Shown here piece after piece: positions 36,538-46,876 of a stretch of 64,000 nucleotides of DNA (position 1 is its first letter; each line of letters opens with the position of its first letter). Origin of the DNA: Candidatus Shapirobacteria bacterium (GTDB taxonomy: Bacteria > Patescibacteriota > Microgenomatia > UBA12405 > BS750m-G30); the NCBI GenBank assembly GCA_043817235.1, contig JBDRHA010000007.1:73212-137211 (forward strand). Direction: 5' to 3'. The position numbers were made by a program, and so were the translations under genes. The notes beneath the pieces were generated by a model. It made no database searches and had not been told where the DNA came from. It saw only the letters and a program-made list of their open reading frames with translations.

Positions 36538-37548
36538 GTTTGGTAGACGATCCAAGAGATCTAAGTTTTTGACAAATTCTTTTCTTTGAAATTTGAAGTA
36601 ACCTGTAATGGCAATCATAGCCGCATTGTCAGTTAAAAGAGAGGGAAGGGGGATAAAAACAGGGAAGTTGTTTGCATCACCAACTTTTTTGACCTCTTTT
36701 TGCAGAAGCTGGTTATTAATAACTCCGCCGCCTAAAAATATTTGCTTCGGTTTGGTTTTTTTAATAGCCAGCTGTAATTTCAAAATAATGGAGTGAACCA
36801 AAACTCTTTCAAAGGATGCAGAAAAATCGGCTAAAAATCTTTTATCTTTTAGTTTTCTTTTAGGAATTTTTCTTAATTTATAAAAACAAGCGGTTTTTAA
36901 ACCGGAAAAACTGAAGTTTAGACTTTGAGAGCGGGCCATTGGGATCGGTAAATCAAATTTTAGTGGATTGCCCTGGGCCGCTAACTTAGAAATTTCCGGG
37001 CCGCCGGGATAAGGAAGGTTAAGCATTTTTGCCACTTTATCAAAAGCTTCACCGGCTGCATCGTCTAAAGTTTCTCCAAGAAGCTGATACTGACCGATTT
37101 TTTCCATCAATACTAATTGCGTATGACCGCCGGAAACAAGTAATCCGAGAATTGGATATTTTATTTTAAAATTTTGAGCTAAGCAGGAAAGAAAATGGCC
37201 TTCCATATGATTAATTGCCAGCAAGGGCTTTTGATATTTTCTGGCTAATTCTTTTGCTTTTTTTAAGCCTACTTCCAGAGCAATTGATAAACCGGGACCT
37301 TGAGTAACCGCAATAGCCTGAATATCCTGCCAGTCTTTATCGGCTTTTTTAAGGGCCTGCTTAATTACCGGGTTAATCTTTTTTTCATGCTCTCTTTTGG
37401 CTAAATTAGGAACTACTCCGCCCCAGGGCTGGTGAATTTTTATTTGCGAGTAAATAATGTTACTTAGTACGCGTTGTCCTTGGGTGACTGCAGCTGCAGT
37501 TTCGTCGCAAGAAGTGTCGATGCCGAGTATAATAATTTTGCTTTTCAT
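36511..37548 (-). CDS. tsaD: tRNA N6-adenosine threonylcarbamoyltransferase
   Basis: The protein reads GIDTSCDETAAAV ... AINHMEGHFLSCLA ... SGGVINNQLL, matching the Kae1/TsaD family. Confidence 0.9.
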   Translation of the reverse strand: MKSKIIILGIDTSCDETAAAVTQGQRVLSNIIYSQIKIHQPWGGVVPNLAKREHEKKINPVIKQALKKADKDWQDIQAIAVTQGPGLSIALEVGLKKAKELARKYQKPLLAINHMEGHFLSCLAQNFKIKYPILGLLVSGGHTQLVLMEKIGQYQLLGETLDDAAGEAFDKVAKMLNLPYPGGPEISKLAAQGNPLKFDLPIPMARSQSLNFSFSGLKTACFYKLRKIPKRKLKDKRFLADFSASFERVLVHSIILKLQLAIKKTKPKQIFLGGGVINNQLLQKEVKKVGDANNFPVFIPLPSLLTDNAAMIAITGYFKFQRKEFVKNLDLLDRLPNLNFPRAKI

Positions 37549-37573
37549 CAGAATGACATATTATACTCAATTT

Positions 37574-37966
37574 ATGGATCAAGATTGCGTATTTTGTAAA
37601 ATTATTCAGGGTAAAGTTCCTGCTTATAAAATTTACGAAGATAAAGATTATTTGGCTTTTTTGGATATTAACCCCTGGGTGGAAGGCCATACTTTGGTGA
37701 TCCCTAAAAAGCATTATCGCTGGGTTTGGGATGTTAAAGACCTGGGCGGTTATTTTAAAATTACCGGTAAAATAGCCAATCAGTTGCGCAAAATTTTTAA
37801 GACAGAATTTGTGATGAGCTATATTTATGGTTATGATGTGCCTCATGCTCATATCCAGCTTTTCCCTGATGCACGCGGGAAAATCGCTTTATTCCCTAAA
37901 GAAAAACTGGGAAAATTGACTGAAAAAAAGGGCAAAGAATTAGCCAGAAAAATTTCTTTTAAGTAA
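37574..37966 (+). CDS. HIT-family (histidine triad) hydrolase
   Basis: The protein reads CVFCKIIQGKVPAYKIYEDKDYLAFLDINP ... HAHIQLFP. The track ORF starts at 37457, but the ATG at 37574 (MDQDC) avoids overlap with tsaD. Confidence 0.75.
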   Translation: MDQDCVFCKIIQGKVPAYKIYEDKDYLAFLDINPWVEGHTLVIPKKHYRWVWDVKDLGGYFKITGKIANQLRKIFKTEFVMSYIYGYDVPHAHIQLFPDARGKIALFPKEKLGKLTEKKGKELARKISFK

Positions 37967-38429
37967 TAGTAATTTTTCGTGACTGAGGGCTTAGGTGCTG
38001 AAAGTTTACTTTAATTATTTTAACATTCTTGTCATTGGCTATTTCCTTTAAAATATTACCTGTTTTATTTACCCATTCAATAGCCAGAATATTGCCGGGT
38101 AATAACATTTTTTCCAGTTGAAGATCGGCTATTTCTTGGGGATCGTCTAATCTCCAGGCATCAATATGATAAAGAAGAGCTGTTTTATTTTTTAGAGAAT
38201 TTAGAGAATAAGGATGCTCGTGGACCAAGATAAAGGTAGGTGATTTAATTGCTTCTTTAATTCTTAATGCTTGGCCAAGGCCTTTAACAAACCGGGTCTT
38301 GCCGCTTCCAAGCTCACCTTGAAGAGCGAAAATCAAGCATTTACTTTCTAGATTCTGCCAATTATCTTGAATCAGCTTTATCGCTAGGGCTTGCGTTTCA
38401 TTAGTCGAATGAGAAGTTATAGTTTTCAT
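37959..38429 (-). CDS. tsaE: tRNA threonylcarbamoyladenosine biosynthesis ATPase
   Basis: A P-loop is present (LQGELGSGKTRFVKGL) with ..SPTFILVHEHPY... and ..HIDAWRLDD.., matching TsaE/YjeE. Confidence 0.8.
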   Translation of the reverse strand: MKTITSHSTNETQALAIKLIQDNWQNLESKCLIFALQGELGSGKTRFVKGLGQALRIKEAIKSPTFILVHEHPYSLNSLKNKTALLYHIDAWRLDDPQEIADLQLEKMLLPGNILAIEWVNKTGNILKEIANDKNVKIIKVNFQHLSPQSRKITIT

Positions 38430-38490
38430 TGCTAGTATATATTTTACTACCTCTTGGCAACTAAATAATAATTCTGTATTATTATGACAA

Positions 38491-39639
38491 ATGAAAAAAC
38501 AAACTGCCGTAGTTGTAATTCCTACTTACAATGAAGCCGATGTTATTGGCAAAACGATTGATTACTTATTTACCAAAACTTTTCCATCGATATCAGGCTG
38601 GGAGATGAAGGTTTTGGTGGTGGACGACACTTCGCCGGATGGTACTCATAAAATAGTCCAAGAAAAACAAAAAAAATATAAAAATTTAGAGCTTTATTTG
38701 AATAAAGAAAAAAAAGGCATAGGCTACGCTTATGTGGTTGGCTTCCGCCAGGCGATGAACAAAATGGGGGCTGATGTGGTTATTGAGTTTGATTCTGATC
38801 TACAGCACCCACCCGAAACAATTCCTGTTCTTCTTTCTGAAATAAATAATGGAGCTGACTATGTTTTAGGTTCCCGCAAAATTAAGGGAGGGTCGAATTC
38901 GAAGGGTTGGGGATTCAAGCGCTTGTTTTTCTCGGAAGTTGGCGGGCTAGTGGCCCGTTTTGTTTTATTCTTTCCTTTTAAGAATTTTTTCCAGATTACT
39001 GATCCGACTACCGGCTTAAAGGCTTCTCGGGTAAAGGGATTCGTAGACAAGATGGACATGGACCATCTTTACTCCAAAAAGTTTGGCTATAAGCTAGAGT
39101 TTCTTTACAAAATGATAGGTTTGGGAGCAAAGGTTAAAGAAATACCACTTCAGTTTCAAATAAGAAAAGCAGGCGAATCTAAGATTACCGGGGGCACAGC
39201 CAAAGATATTTTTCGAACGGTATTTTTGTTAAGGTGGCACGATAAAACTACTCAGAAATTTATTAAATTCGGGACAGTGGGCTTCCTTGGCTATTTGGTG
39301 AACGCTATTTCTTTAGCACTTTTTGCTCGCCGAGGATTTCCAGAGTGGTCAGCTTGGCTATTTTCTACCGAGCTGGCAATTATTTCTAACTTTACCTGGA
39401 ATAATCTTTGGACTTTTAAAGATGAGAAGTTTACCGAAATTAGCAAGATCGTGGGAAAATTCTTGCAGTTCAATTTAACTTCGGGTGGGGCCCTATTAAT
39501 CCAGACAGCCGCCGGCACATTTTTAACCAATATTTTCGGAGTACAATATCGTCAGCTTCTACTGCCTCTGATAATTCTGTTTCTAGTTCTACCTTACAAC
39601 TGGCTGATGTATAACAAGGTGATTTGGAAGAAGAAATAA
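38491..39639 (+). CDS. GT2 polyprenyl-phosphate sugar synthase (DPM1-like) fused to a C-terminal GtrA-like 4-TM domain
   Basis: The GT2 domain has VVIPTYNEADVI, VVDDTSPDGT and DSDLQHPP. The C-terminal domain (FIKFGTVGFLGYLVNAISLALF...WNNLWTFKD) is GtrA-like. Confidence 0.8.
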   Translation: MKKQTAVVVIPTYNEADVIGKTIDYLFTKTFPSISGWEMKVLVVDDTSPDGTHKIVQEKQKKYKNLELYLNKEKKGIGYAYVVGFRQAMNKMGADVVIEFDSDLQHPPETIPVLLSEINNGADYVLGSRKIKGGSNSKGWGFKRLFFSEVGGLVARFVLFFPFKNFFQITDPTTGLKASRVKGFVDKMDMDHLYSKKFGYKLEFLYKMIGLGAKVKEIPLQFQIRKAGESKITGGTAKDIFRTVFLLRWHDKTTQKFIKFGTVGFLGYLVNAISLALFARRGFPEWSAWLFSTELAIISNFTWNNLWTFKDEKFTEISKIVGKFLQFNLTSGGALLIQTAAGTFLTNIFGVQYRQLLLPLIILFLVLPYNWLMYNKVIWKKK

Positions 39640-39641
39640 AG

Positions 39642-40760
39642 CTAGTAATACGGGCCCCAGTCGGCAATTGGAGCAAGATTGTGGTTAATAAAATTCACCG
39701 TATAAAGATAAATTGCCGGAAGAAGCAGGAAGAAAATTATTTTAAACTCTCTCTTGTTTAAAAAAGGAGCAAAGGCGATCAAGAAGAAGGGGTAAAGGGG
39801 AGAAGAATAGCGAGATAGATCACGATGGGCAACAAATAAAGTAGCTAAAAAGAAAATAGTCGGAAAAATGACAACAATGTCCTTTTTGAATTTCTGATAG
39901 AGAAGAGAGATAGCAATTGCTCCCAAAAAGTAAAGATAGATAACGTCTTCTAGCCAGATATCGCCCAGCCATGAGCGAGAAGAAATGAAAATTTGATAAG
40001 GGGGAAAAACAAGATGAAAATTATCTCCCGAAAGAAAATAAGCCCAAAAATTTCCTGTTTGAATTTTAAAAAAAGAAAAAAGAACAAGAATAGACAAAGG
40101 ACCCAAAAGAAGGGGCCAGTACTTGATTATAGTGTCTATCTGAGGCTTTTTTTCTTTTTTTGTATCTCGAATAAAGATAGTGATCGCGTAAGCGGCAAAA
40201 AGCAAAATTGCTGGGCTTTTGGTAATTTGAGCAAAGGCCAAAAAAAGGCCGGAAAACAAATATTTTTTGTTTCGAAAAAAGTAAACAGAGGCCAAAAGTA
40301 AACTTATAAATAAGGTTTCCGGAGCGCCAACTGTTCTTAAAATTACCATTCGAGCGGGAAGAAAAAGAGCTAGAATTGTTAGCAAAGTTCTCCCTCTTAC
40401 TTTTAGGTCTTTAAGCAGGTAGTAGAAAATAGTTAAGAATCCGGCTGTAGCGAAGAAATTTACTGCGAGCATTGCCCACCAACCAGGCAAGAATAAATCA
40501 AAGAACTTAATTAAAAGCGGATATCCGGGGAAATGAGCAGGATAATATTCTAGGGGCAGGGGCTGGGAAAAAGTGGTTCCAATACAATCAAAGTTATAGC
40601 CGCATTTAGCAATAATTAGGTAGTTAGGGCCGTCGTAATTGGCAAAGACTCTAGTCATTTGGCCGTTAAAATAAAAAGGCGCCCAGATAATAAAAGAGGT
40701 AATGGCTAAGATTAAAAAAGGAAGAAGCAGGGGTTTGAAAAAAGCTAGTTTTTTCTCCAT
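39642..40760 (-). CDS. Polytopic membrane protein, probable GT-C-type glycosyltransferase
   Basis: About 11 TM helices, located within the glycosylation cluster; no sharper family call is possible. Confidence 0.45.
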   Translation of the reverse strand: MEKKLAFFKPLLLPFLILAITSFIIWAPFYFNGQMTRVFANYDGPNYLIIAKCGYNFDCIGTTFSQPLPLEYYPAHFPGYPLLIKFFDLFLPGWWAMLAVNFFATAGFLTIFYYLLKDLKVRGRTLLTILALFLPARMVILRTVGAPETLFISLLLASVYFFRNKKYLFSGLFLAFAQITKSPAILLFAAYAITIFIRDTKKEKKPQIDTIIKYWPLLLGPLSILVLFSFFKIQTGNFWAYFLSGDNFHLVFPPYQIFISSRSWLGDIWLEDVIYLYFLGAIAISLLYQKFKKDIVVIFPTIFFLATLFVAHRDLSRYSSPLYPFFLIAFAPFLNKREFKIIFFLLLPAIYLYTVNFINHNLAPIADWGPYY

Positions 40761-40785
40761 CTTTTAATTATGATAACATAATTGC

Positions 40786-41511
40786 ATGGTTCAGTATCTA
40801 TTGCCAGAACTTTCGGTATTTTTTCCTGCGTATAATGAGGAGAACAATCTTAAAAATACCGTAGAAAAAGCAGTTCCCATTATAAAAGGCATAGCGAAAA
40901 AATGGGAAATAATAATTGTTAATGACGGCTCCAAAGACCGCACAGAAGCAGTTGCTAGAAACCTTGAAAAAAAATATTCTCAAGTTAGGCTGATAAATCA
41001 CAATCGGAATCGGGGTTACGGAGCGGCTTTTAAAAGTGGTTTTTATAACGGTAAATACAATTGGATTGCTTTTACCGATGCTGATGGCCAGTTTGATTTT
41101 CAGGATATTTACCAGCTGATTGAAAAGCAAAAAAAAACTAAGGCTGATTTGGTCATTGGTTATTATTTAGGGAGAAAAGTTCCTTTTGTCAGGATTTGGG
41201 GTTCTAAGCTTTGGGAATTGATGGTTTTTCTTCTTTTTGGACTAAAGGTCCGGGATATTGATTGTGGCTTTAAGCTGGTTTCGAAAAAGGTAATTGACGC
41301 TATTCCCAAACTAGAGTCGGAAAGAGGACCGTTTATTACTTCTGAATTTTTAATTAAAAGTAAAAGAGCTGGTTTTAAAATTGAGCAAACAGGAGTGACT
41401 CATTTTGCCCGAGAGGCGGGGGAGGCGACAGGAGCGAAGATGGAAGTAATTCTTTCTGGGCTTAAGGATCTTTTTTATCTTTGGCTTAAGATGAATTTTA
41501 AGAATGGCTAA
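40786..41511 (+). CDS. GT2 family glycosyltransferase (DPM synthase-like)
   Basis: The GT2 motifs are FFPAYNEENNL, IIVNDGSKDRT, FTDADGQ and DCGFKL. Confidence 0.8.
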   Translation: MVQYLLPELSVFFPAYNEENNLKNTVEKAVPIIKGIAKKWEIIIVNDGSKDRTEAVARNLEKKYSQVRLINHNRNRGYGAAFKSGFYNGKYNWIAFTDADGQFDFQDIYQLIEKQKKTKADLVIGYYLGRKVPFVRIWGSKLWELMVFLLFGLKVRDIDCGFKLVSKKVIDAIPKLESERGPFITSEFLIKSKRAGFKIEQTGVTHFAREAGEATGAKMEVILSGLKDLFYLWLKMNFKNG

Positions 41512-42964
41512 AAAGATTTTTGACAACAAGCTTCTGATCATTATTCTCCTGATCGCGGCTTTTCTGCGTCTTTATAAAATTCCCTCTTATATGGAGTTTT
41601 TGGGTGATCAGGGCCGGGATATGCTTTTAGTCCGCCGCTTTTTAGCCAAGGGAGATTTGATGTTTATTGGCCCGCAAACCTCTGTAGGTAATATTTATTT
41701 AGGCCCTTGGTATTACTATTTAATAGCTCCTGCTTTATTGCTTTCCGGCTTTAATCCGGTTGGCCCGGCAATTTTTATAGCCTTGCTGGGAGTGGCAGCT
41801 GTTTGGCTGGTCTACAGGGTAGGAAGAGAATGGCTTAACAAAACGACTGGATTAATAGCCGCCCTATTAATGGCGTTTTCTCCGGTAATTATTTATTATA
41901 ATATTTTTTCTTGGAACCCAAACGTTATGGGTTTTTTTGCCTTGCTAGCGATATATCTTCTGGGCGAAATTTGGCTTAAGAAAGATTTCAAAAAAATACC
42001 TTGGCTGGCATTGTCTTTAGCAATGATTTTAAATTCTCATTACTTGGGTTTGCTAGTTTTTCCGGTAGTTTCATTGTTTTTATTTCTATCTTTTTGGGCA
42101 ATAAAAGACAACGGAAAAGAAAAAAAGTTATTAGGGAAAAATATTGTTTGGGCTGGAATCGTTTTTTTTCTTTTTATGCTGCCTTTAGTTCTTTTTGACT
42201 TAAAGCACGGGGGAGCTAACTTCCAGGCTTTTAAGGCTTTTTTTATCAATAGAGAAGAAACAGTTAATTTTAGGCTTTATAAGGGTATTTCTAACTTTTT
42301 ACAAGTTCTTGGCCAGCTTGGCGCTAATTTATTAGTAAGAAAAGATTCTTGGCCTTGGTCATTTCTCTTTCTGCCTTTTTTACTTATCGGCCTTTGGCAA
42401 GCAAGAAAAAATAAGCTCTTATTGTTACCGGGGGCGTGGCTTTTCGTCGGCCTGTTCGGCTTAAGTAATTATAAACAAGCTGTTTATGCTCATTATTTTG
42501 GCTTTTTATGGCCTGCTGTTATTTTGATTCTCGCTGTCGGCTTAAAAAAATTGTGGCCTTGGTCTTTAGGGGCAGCGGGAATAGTTTCTTTATTAATGTT
42601 CAGTCAGTGGCATGGCTTGAGGCCTCCGGTTAATCAGCTTGCTCGCAGCCAAAACGTAGCCCAGTTTATTCTTTCTTCGGCAGCTGAAGAAGAATTTTCT
42701 TTAGCTTTAATTGCTAAGAATAATTACGATGCTCCTTATCGCTATTATTTGGAAAATCAAAACCCTAGACTAGTTGATCTTCATGAACAAATGACAAGCC
42801 AACTCTTTGTAATTTGCGAGCCCTGGGGAATAGAGGATTGCAACCCCCTAGGTCATTCCAGGTGGGAAATTGCCGCTTTTGGCCGGGCCGATTTAGCTGG
42901 AAAGTGGCAGATAAGCGGGATAGACGTATTTAAATTAGTCCATTCGCATGAAAAAATTGACTAA
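41504..42964 (+). CDS. ArnT/PMT-like GT-C glycosyltransferase (GT39/GT83-like)
   Basis: The N-terminus has a DQGRD loop (YMEFLGDQGRDMLLVRRF) followed by 10+ TM helices. Confidence 0.7.
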   Translation: MAKKIFDNKLLIIILLIAAFLRLYKIPSYMEFLGDQGRDMLLVRRFLAKGDLMFIGPQTSVGNIYLGPWYYYLIAPALLLSGFNPVGPAIFIALLGVAAVWLVYRVGREWLNKTTGLIAALLMAFSPVIIYYNIFSWNPNVMGFFALLAIYLLGEIWLKKDFKKIPWLALSLAMILNSHYLGLLVFPVVSLFLFLSFWAIKDNGKEKKLLGKNIVWAGIVFFLFMLPLVLFDLKHGGANFQAFKAFFINREETVNFRLYKGISNFLQVLGQLGANLLVRKDSWPWSFLFLPFLLIGLWQARKNKLLLLPGAWLFVGLFGLSNYKQAVYAHYFGFLWPAVILILAVGLKKLWPWSLGAAGIVSLLMFSQWHGLRPPVNQLARSQNVAQFILSSAAEEEFSLALIAKNNYDAPYRYYLENQNPRLVDLHEQMTSQLFVICEPWGIEDCNPLGHSRWEIAAFGRADLAGKWQISGIDVFKLVHSHEKID

Positions 42965-45900
42965 ACTAAGCTTAAGCAATATTCTTCTGATAATTACTCT
43001 TCTCGGGCTTTCTTTTTTTACAGGAAAAGGAGTATTTAAATATAATGTGTTTAGCACTCATGATGGAGATCATCATGTTGCTCGGAGTTTTGACGCTATT
43101 CAAACTATTAAAGAAGGCCATTTTCCTTTACGCTGGGCCGGAAGCTTAAACTTTAATTGCGGAGTAGCTATTTATAATTTCTTTTACCCCCTTTTGTACT
43201 ATTTGGTAATAGCAATTAATTTTTTGGTTAAAGATGTTATCGGGTCTTTAAAAATAATTTATTTTTTGACCCTGCCAGCAGGAACCTTGTTTTTTTATTG
43301 GTGGTTGAAAATAGAGACTAAAAACAAGTGGGCTGCCCTAGGAGGGGCAGTGCTTTATCTTTTTGCTCCTTATCGCTTTTTATTAATTTTTGTTAGAGGC
43401 AGCCCGGAGTTTTTAAGCTATGCTTTGCTGCCAGTAGTTTTATATTTATTTTCTCTTAGCTTTGAACAGATTAGCTGGCGGAAGTTTGTATGGATAGTTT
43501 TTGGATCAAGCTTGGCTGGCGGCCTTCTGGTTGTTTCTCATAATTTCACTGTTATGTTTTTAATGCCGATTTTACTTTTTTATTTAATTATTAAAATTAT
43601 TAGGGTAAATAAGCTTTCTTTCTCAAGAAAAAGATTGATTCTTTTTTCCTACTTTAGTGCTTTTGGTTTGGGAGCATTCTTTATTTTTCCGGCCTTGCTG
43701 GAAAAGCAATTTGTTCAAATTGGCCAAGTAATAGTAATTAACTTTCGTGAACATTTTCCGACTTTAAAACAGCTAATCCGTTCTCCTTGGGATTATTTTT
43801 ATTCATCCCCGGGAGTTAAAAATGACGGGATGTCATTTCAATTAGGCTATGCTCATTGGTTGATTATGGGAGGAGTTAGCTTGTTTTCTTTGAAAAAGAT
43901 TTTTAAATCTTTAGATCCGCTGATATTGTTTTTCCTGATTATTTCCTTAGGCTCAGTTTTCTTGATCTTGTCCTGGTCTTTGTTTATTTGGGAAAGAGTG
44001 TCTTTGTTACAGCAAATCCAGTTTTCCTGGCGGCTTTTGGGAATTGCGGTTTTTTCTATTAGCGCTTTATTTGCTTTTTGGCTGGAGAGCTTGAAAAAGA
44101 ATATTATTTTTTTCCCTATTTTGGCCGTAGGTATTTTTTTAGCGATTTTTGGCAACCGCCATCATCTTTTACCCCAGCCGGTTTCTACCCAAACAATATA
44201 TCAATATGATGATTTTGAAAAACTTCATCCTCACCGACACTCTACTACTACTTTAGGGGATGATATTTTGGGAGTTGGGGCAAAAGAGTCTTGCAGTTTT
44301 GATACCCCATTATTATTAGTGGGAGGGAAATTTATTACTGATTATCAAGTTCAGGCAAGAGGGAACACATTTGGCGAAATTAGATTTTTTTTGGGCAGTC
44401 AAGAGGAGTGGAAAGAAAAACCAATTATACTGGGCCTGGAATATTTTCCGGGCATTTATCATTTTCAAATTAACGGATCAGATAAGGTTAATTATTCGGA
44501 TTGTGAGGGTCGGGTTTGCCTGGATAGCCAGAATTTCAGACAGGGGGCCAATTACTTATCTTGGAAAATTGGCCAGTCTCCAATAGAAAGGGTTTTTAAC
44601 GGGGTAAGTATTGCTTTTTTTATTGCTTGGATAATTATTATCGTTAGTCAAATTTTACCGGAAAAATATAAAATATTTATTAAAATGAACAAGCTAAAGA
44701 TCTTCTTATTCGGATTGCTTTTATTAATTTTTGCCTTTTTTAGATTCTATCGCTTGCCCGAGCGAATAGTTTTTAATTGGGACCAAGAAAGAGACGCTCA
44801 GGTGGTCAAAGAGATGATAAATTTTAAAAAATTTACTTTAATCGGTCCCCGGGTTTTAGGCCCGGAGGGATTTTTTTTAGCCCCGTATTTTTATTATTTT
44901 CTTCTTCCTTTTTATTATGTTTTTAATCTTTTTCCTCAAGGCCTGACTTTTTTTATTGTTGCTGTTAATTTGGCTTTTTTTGGCATAAGTTTTTTAATTT
45001 TAACAAAGATTTTTAATATTAGAATTTCTTTTTACTTTTTAGCGCTTTGGTCAATAATTCCCTGGGCAGTTGGAGCTGATATTATCGCCTGGAATCCCTT
45101 GCTTATTCCTTTACTTGTTTTGCTTTTTCTTCTTGCCTTTGATCAGTTTTTCCTAAAAAAGCAGCTAAAAACTATTTTTTTTCTTGGCTTAGTCTTTAGT
45201 ATAGGCATTAATTTTCATGTCCAGTTTTTCTTGCTTTTGCCCTTTATATTCCTTGTTCTTTTTAGTCTTTGGAAAGAGGAAAAAAAGATATTGTTGGGGT
45301 GGAGTGCTTGGTTAATAGCCGGAATAGGCTTGCCCTTTTTGCCTTTATTAATTTTTGACCTCAGGCATAATTTTTTAAATATTTCTCTTCTAAAGAATTT
45401 TCTTTTTCAAAGAGGCAGAGGACAGCCTCTTGCATTCTTGCCGGTTTGGAATAGGGTTGTTAATCAGCTTTTAGGCTTGGAAATAAATAATATCGGGGGC
45501 CTTGTTTTTTATTTAATAATTCTGGCTCTTTTTCTGGCCGCGTATAAAAAGGCAAGAGAAAAGAAAAATCTATGGCTGGGAATGCTTTTAACTTGGATAT
45601 TAATGCCAGTTTTTTTTGGCCTTTACGGCAGCAGGCCATCGGAATACTATTTTAATTATCTACAGCCGCTACTTATTATCCTGATTTCTTTTTGGCTAGA
45701 CAAAATATTATTAACGCTAAAGAAAAAACAGCACTGGCTATTTGCGACCTTTATCGCTTTATTTATACTAGTTTATTATTGTTTTAAAAATATTCCGCTT
45801 CTGGCTGACAATCGCCAGGGATTATTTTACAAAACCCAAACAGCAAAATTTTTAACAGGCGTTTCTGACTCTGGGCCCTTGAATATTTCTTTTTCCGGCT

Positions 45901-46085
45901 CCTGGAGCGCAGACAATGGTTTTCACTATCTTTTCGATATTTATCAGGTTAAACAAAGTCAAAACCCAGAAGACCCCTTAATTGAGGTTGTCGTTCCAGC
46001 TGGCAGTCGGCCGAGCACTATTATTTTTGGGGCCATCGGAGTTTATTTTCCCGAAGGCTGGTTATCTGATTACTGGATATTGTAA
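42948..46085 (+). CDS. 1045-aa fusion of two polytopic membrane modules (PTPS-related/YfhO-like N-half plus ArnT-like C-half)
   Basis: The N-half carries FSTHDGDHHVARSFD...EGHFPLRW, also seen in the 48430 gene. The C-half restarts with an ArnT-like N-terminus (MNKLKIFLFGLLLLIFAFFRFYRLPE...NWDQERDAQVV) at about nt 44689, in frame with no intervening stop. Confidence 0.55.
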   Translation: MKKLTKLSLSNILLIITLLGLSFFTGKGVFKYNVFSTHDGDHHVARSFDAIQTIKEGHFPLRWAGSLNFNCGVAIYNFFYPLLYYLVIAINFLVKDVIGSLKIIYFLTLPAGTLFFYWWLKIETKNKWAALGGAVLYLFAPYRFLLIFVRGSPEFLSYALLPVVLYLFSLSFEQISWRKFVWIVFGSSLAGGLLVVSHNFTVMFLMPILLFYLIIKIIRVNKLSFSRKRLILFSYFSAFGLGAFFIFPALLEKQFVQIGQVIVINFREHFPTLKQLIRSPWDYFYSSPGVKNDGMSFQLGYAHWLIMGGVSLFSLKKIFKSLDPLILFFLIISLGSVFLILSWSLFIWERVSLLQQIQFSWRLLGIAVFSISALFAFWLESLKKNIIFFPILAVGIFLAIFGNRHHLLPQPVSTQTIYQYDDFEKLHPHRHSTTTLGDDILGVGAKESCSFDTPLLLVGGKFITDYQVQARGNTFGEIRFFLGSQEEWKEKPIILGLEYFPGIYHFQINGSDKVNYSDCEGRVCLDSQNFRQGANYLSWKIGQSPIERVFNGVSIAFFIAWIIIIVSQILPEKYKIFIKMNKLKIFLFGLLLLIFAFFRFYRLPERIVFNWDQERDAQVVKEMINFKKFTLIGPRVLGPEGFFLAPYFYYFLLPFYYVFNLFPQGLTFFIVAVNLAFFGISFLILTKIFNIRISFYFLALWSIIPWAVGADIIAWNPLLIPLLVLLFLLAFDQFFLKKQLKTIFFLGLVFSIGINFHVQFFLLLPFIFLVLFSLWKEEKKILLGWSAWLIAGIGLPFLPLLIFDLRHNFLNISLLKNFLFQRGRGQPLAFLPVWNRVVNQLLGLEINNIGGLVFYLIILALFLAAYKKAREKKNLWLGMLLTWILMPVFFGLYGSRPSEYYFNYLQPLLIILISFWLDKILLTLKKKQHWLFATFIALFILVYYCFKNIPLLADNRQGLFYKTQTAKFLTGVSDSGPLNISFSGSWSADNGFHYLFDIYQVKQSQNPEDPLIEVVVPAGSRPSTIIFGAIGVYFPEGWLSDYWIL

Positions 46086-46096
46086 AATAGGAAGAA

Positions 46097-46861
46097 ATGA
46101 AAACCTATCTTAGTGTAGTTATTCCTTGTTATAACGAAGAAGCGAATTTAAAAAGGGGAGTTTTGGATCAGGTGAATGACTATCTTAAAAAACAAAATTA
46201 TTCCTGGGAGGTGCTTATCTCTGACGACGGCTCAACAGATCAGAGCTTAAAAATATGTTCTTTGTTTGCTAAAAAACATAAAGGTTTTAGGATTTTGAAA
46301 AATAAGCATGGGGGAAAACCCTGGGCTGTTTCTCAAGGTGTTAAAGAGGCGCAAGGAGAATATATTTTGTTCACGGATATTGATCAGTCTACCCCAATAA
46401 ATCAGCTGGATAAGCTTTTGCCTTGGGCCAAAAAAAATTATCCGATTGTAATTGGCTCGCGGGGATTGGAGCGGAAAGACTTCCCTTTATTTCGCCGAGT
46501 TGGAGCGATTATTTTTGCTCTTATTCGGAGGTTTTTGCTTTTGCGAGACATTAAAGACACTCAATGCGGCTTTAAGCTCTTTCAGACAAGCTTGGTGAAA
46601 GAAATTTTTCCTTATCTAGATGTTTTAAGGCAAAGAGCGAAGGGTTGGGTAGTCAGCTCTTATGATGTTGAGCTTTTGTATATGGCCAGTGTTAAGGGGG
46701 CTAAAATTAAAGAGGTAGTTGTCACTTGGGAAGACGAGGATATAAGCACGAGCAAGGGCAATAATTACCTAGCTCGCTATTTTAAAGAGGCCAAGAAAAT
46801 GTTTTTTCAAATTTTGCAAGTCAAACGGAATCAATGGCAAGGGAAATACCTAAACATTTAA
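46097..46861 (+). CDS. GT2 family glycosyltransferase
   Basis: The GT2 motifs are VVIPCYNEEANL, LISDDGSTD and FTDIDQS. Confidence 0.8.
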   Translation: MKTYLSVVIPCYNEEANLKRGVLDQVNDYLKKQNYSWEVLISDDGSTDQSLKICSLFAKKHKGFRILKNKHGGKPWAVSQGVKEAQGEYILFTDIDQSTPINQLDKLLPWAKKNYPIVIGSRGLERKDFPLFRRVGAIIFALIRRFLLLRDIKDTQCGFKLFQTSLVKEIFPYLDVLRQRAKGWVVSSYDVELLYMASVKGAKIKEVVVTWEDEDISTSKGNNYLARYFKEAKKMFFQILQVKRNQWQGKYLNI

Positions 46862-46876
46862 TAGTTAATCCGTCAG

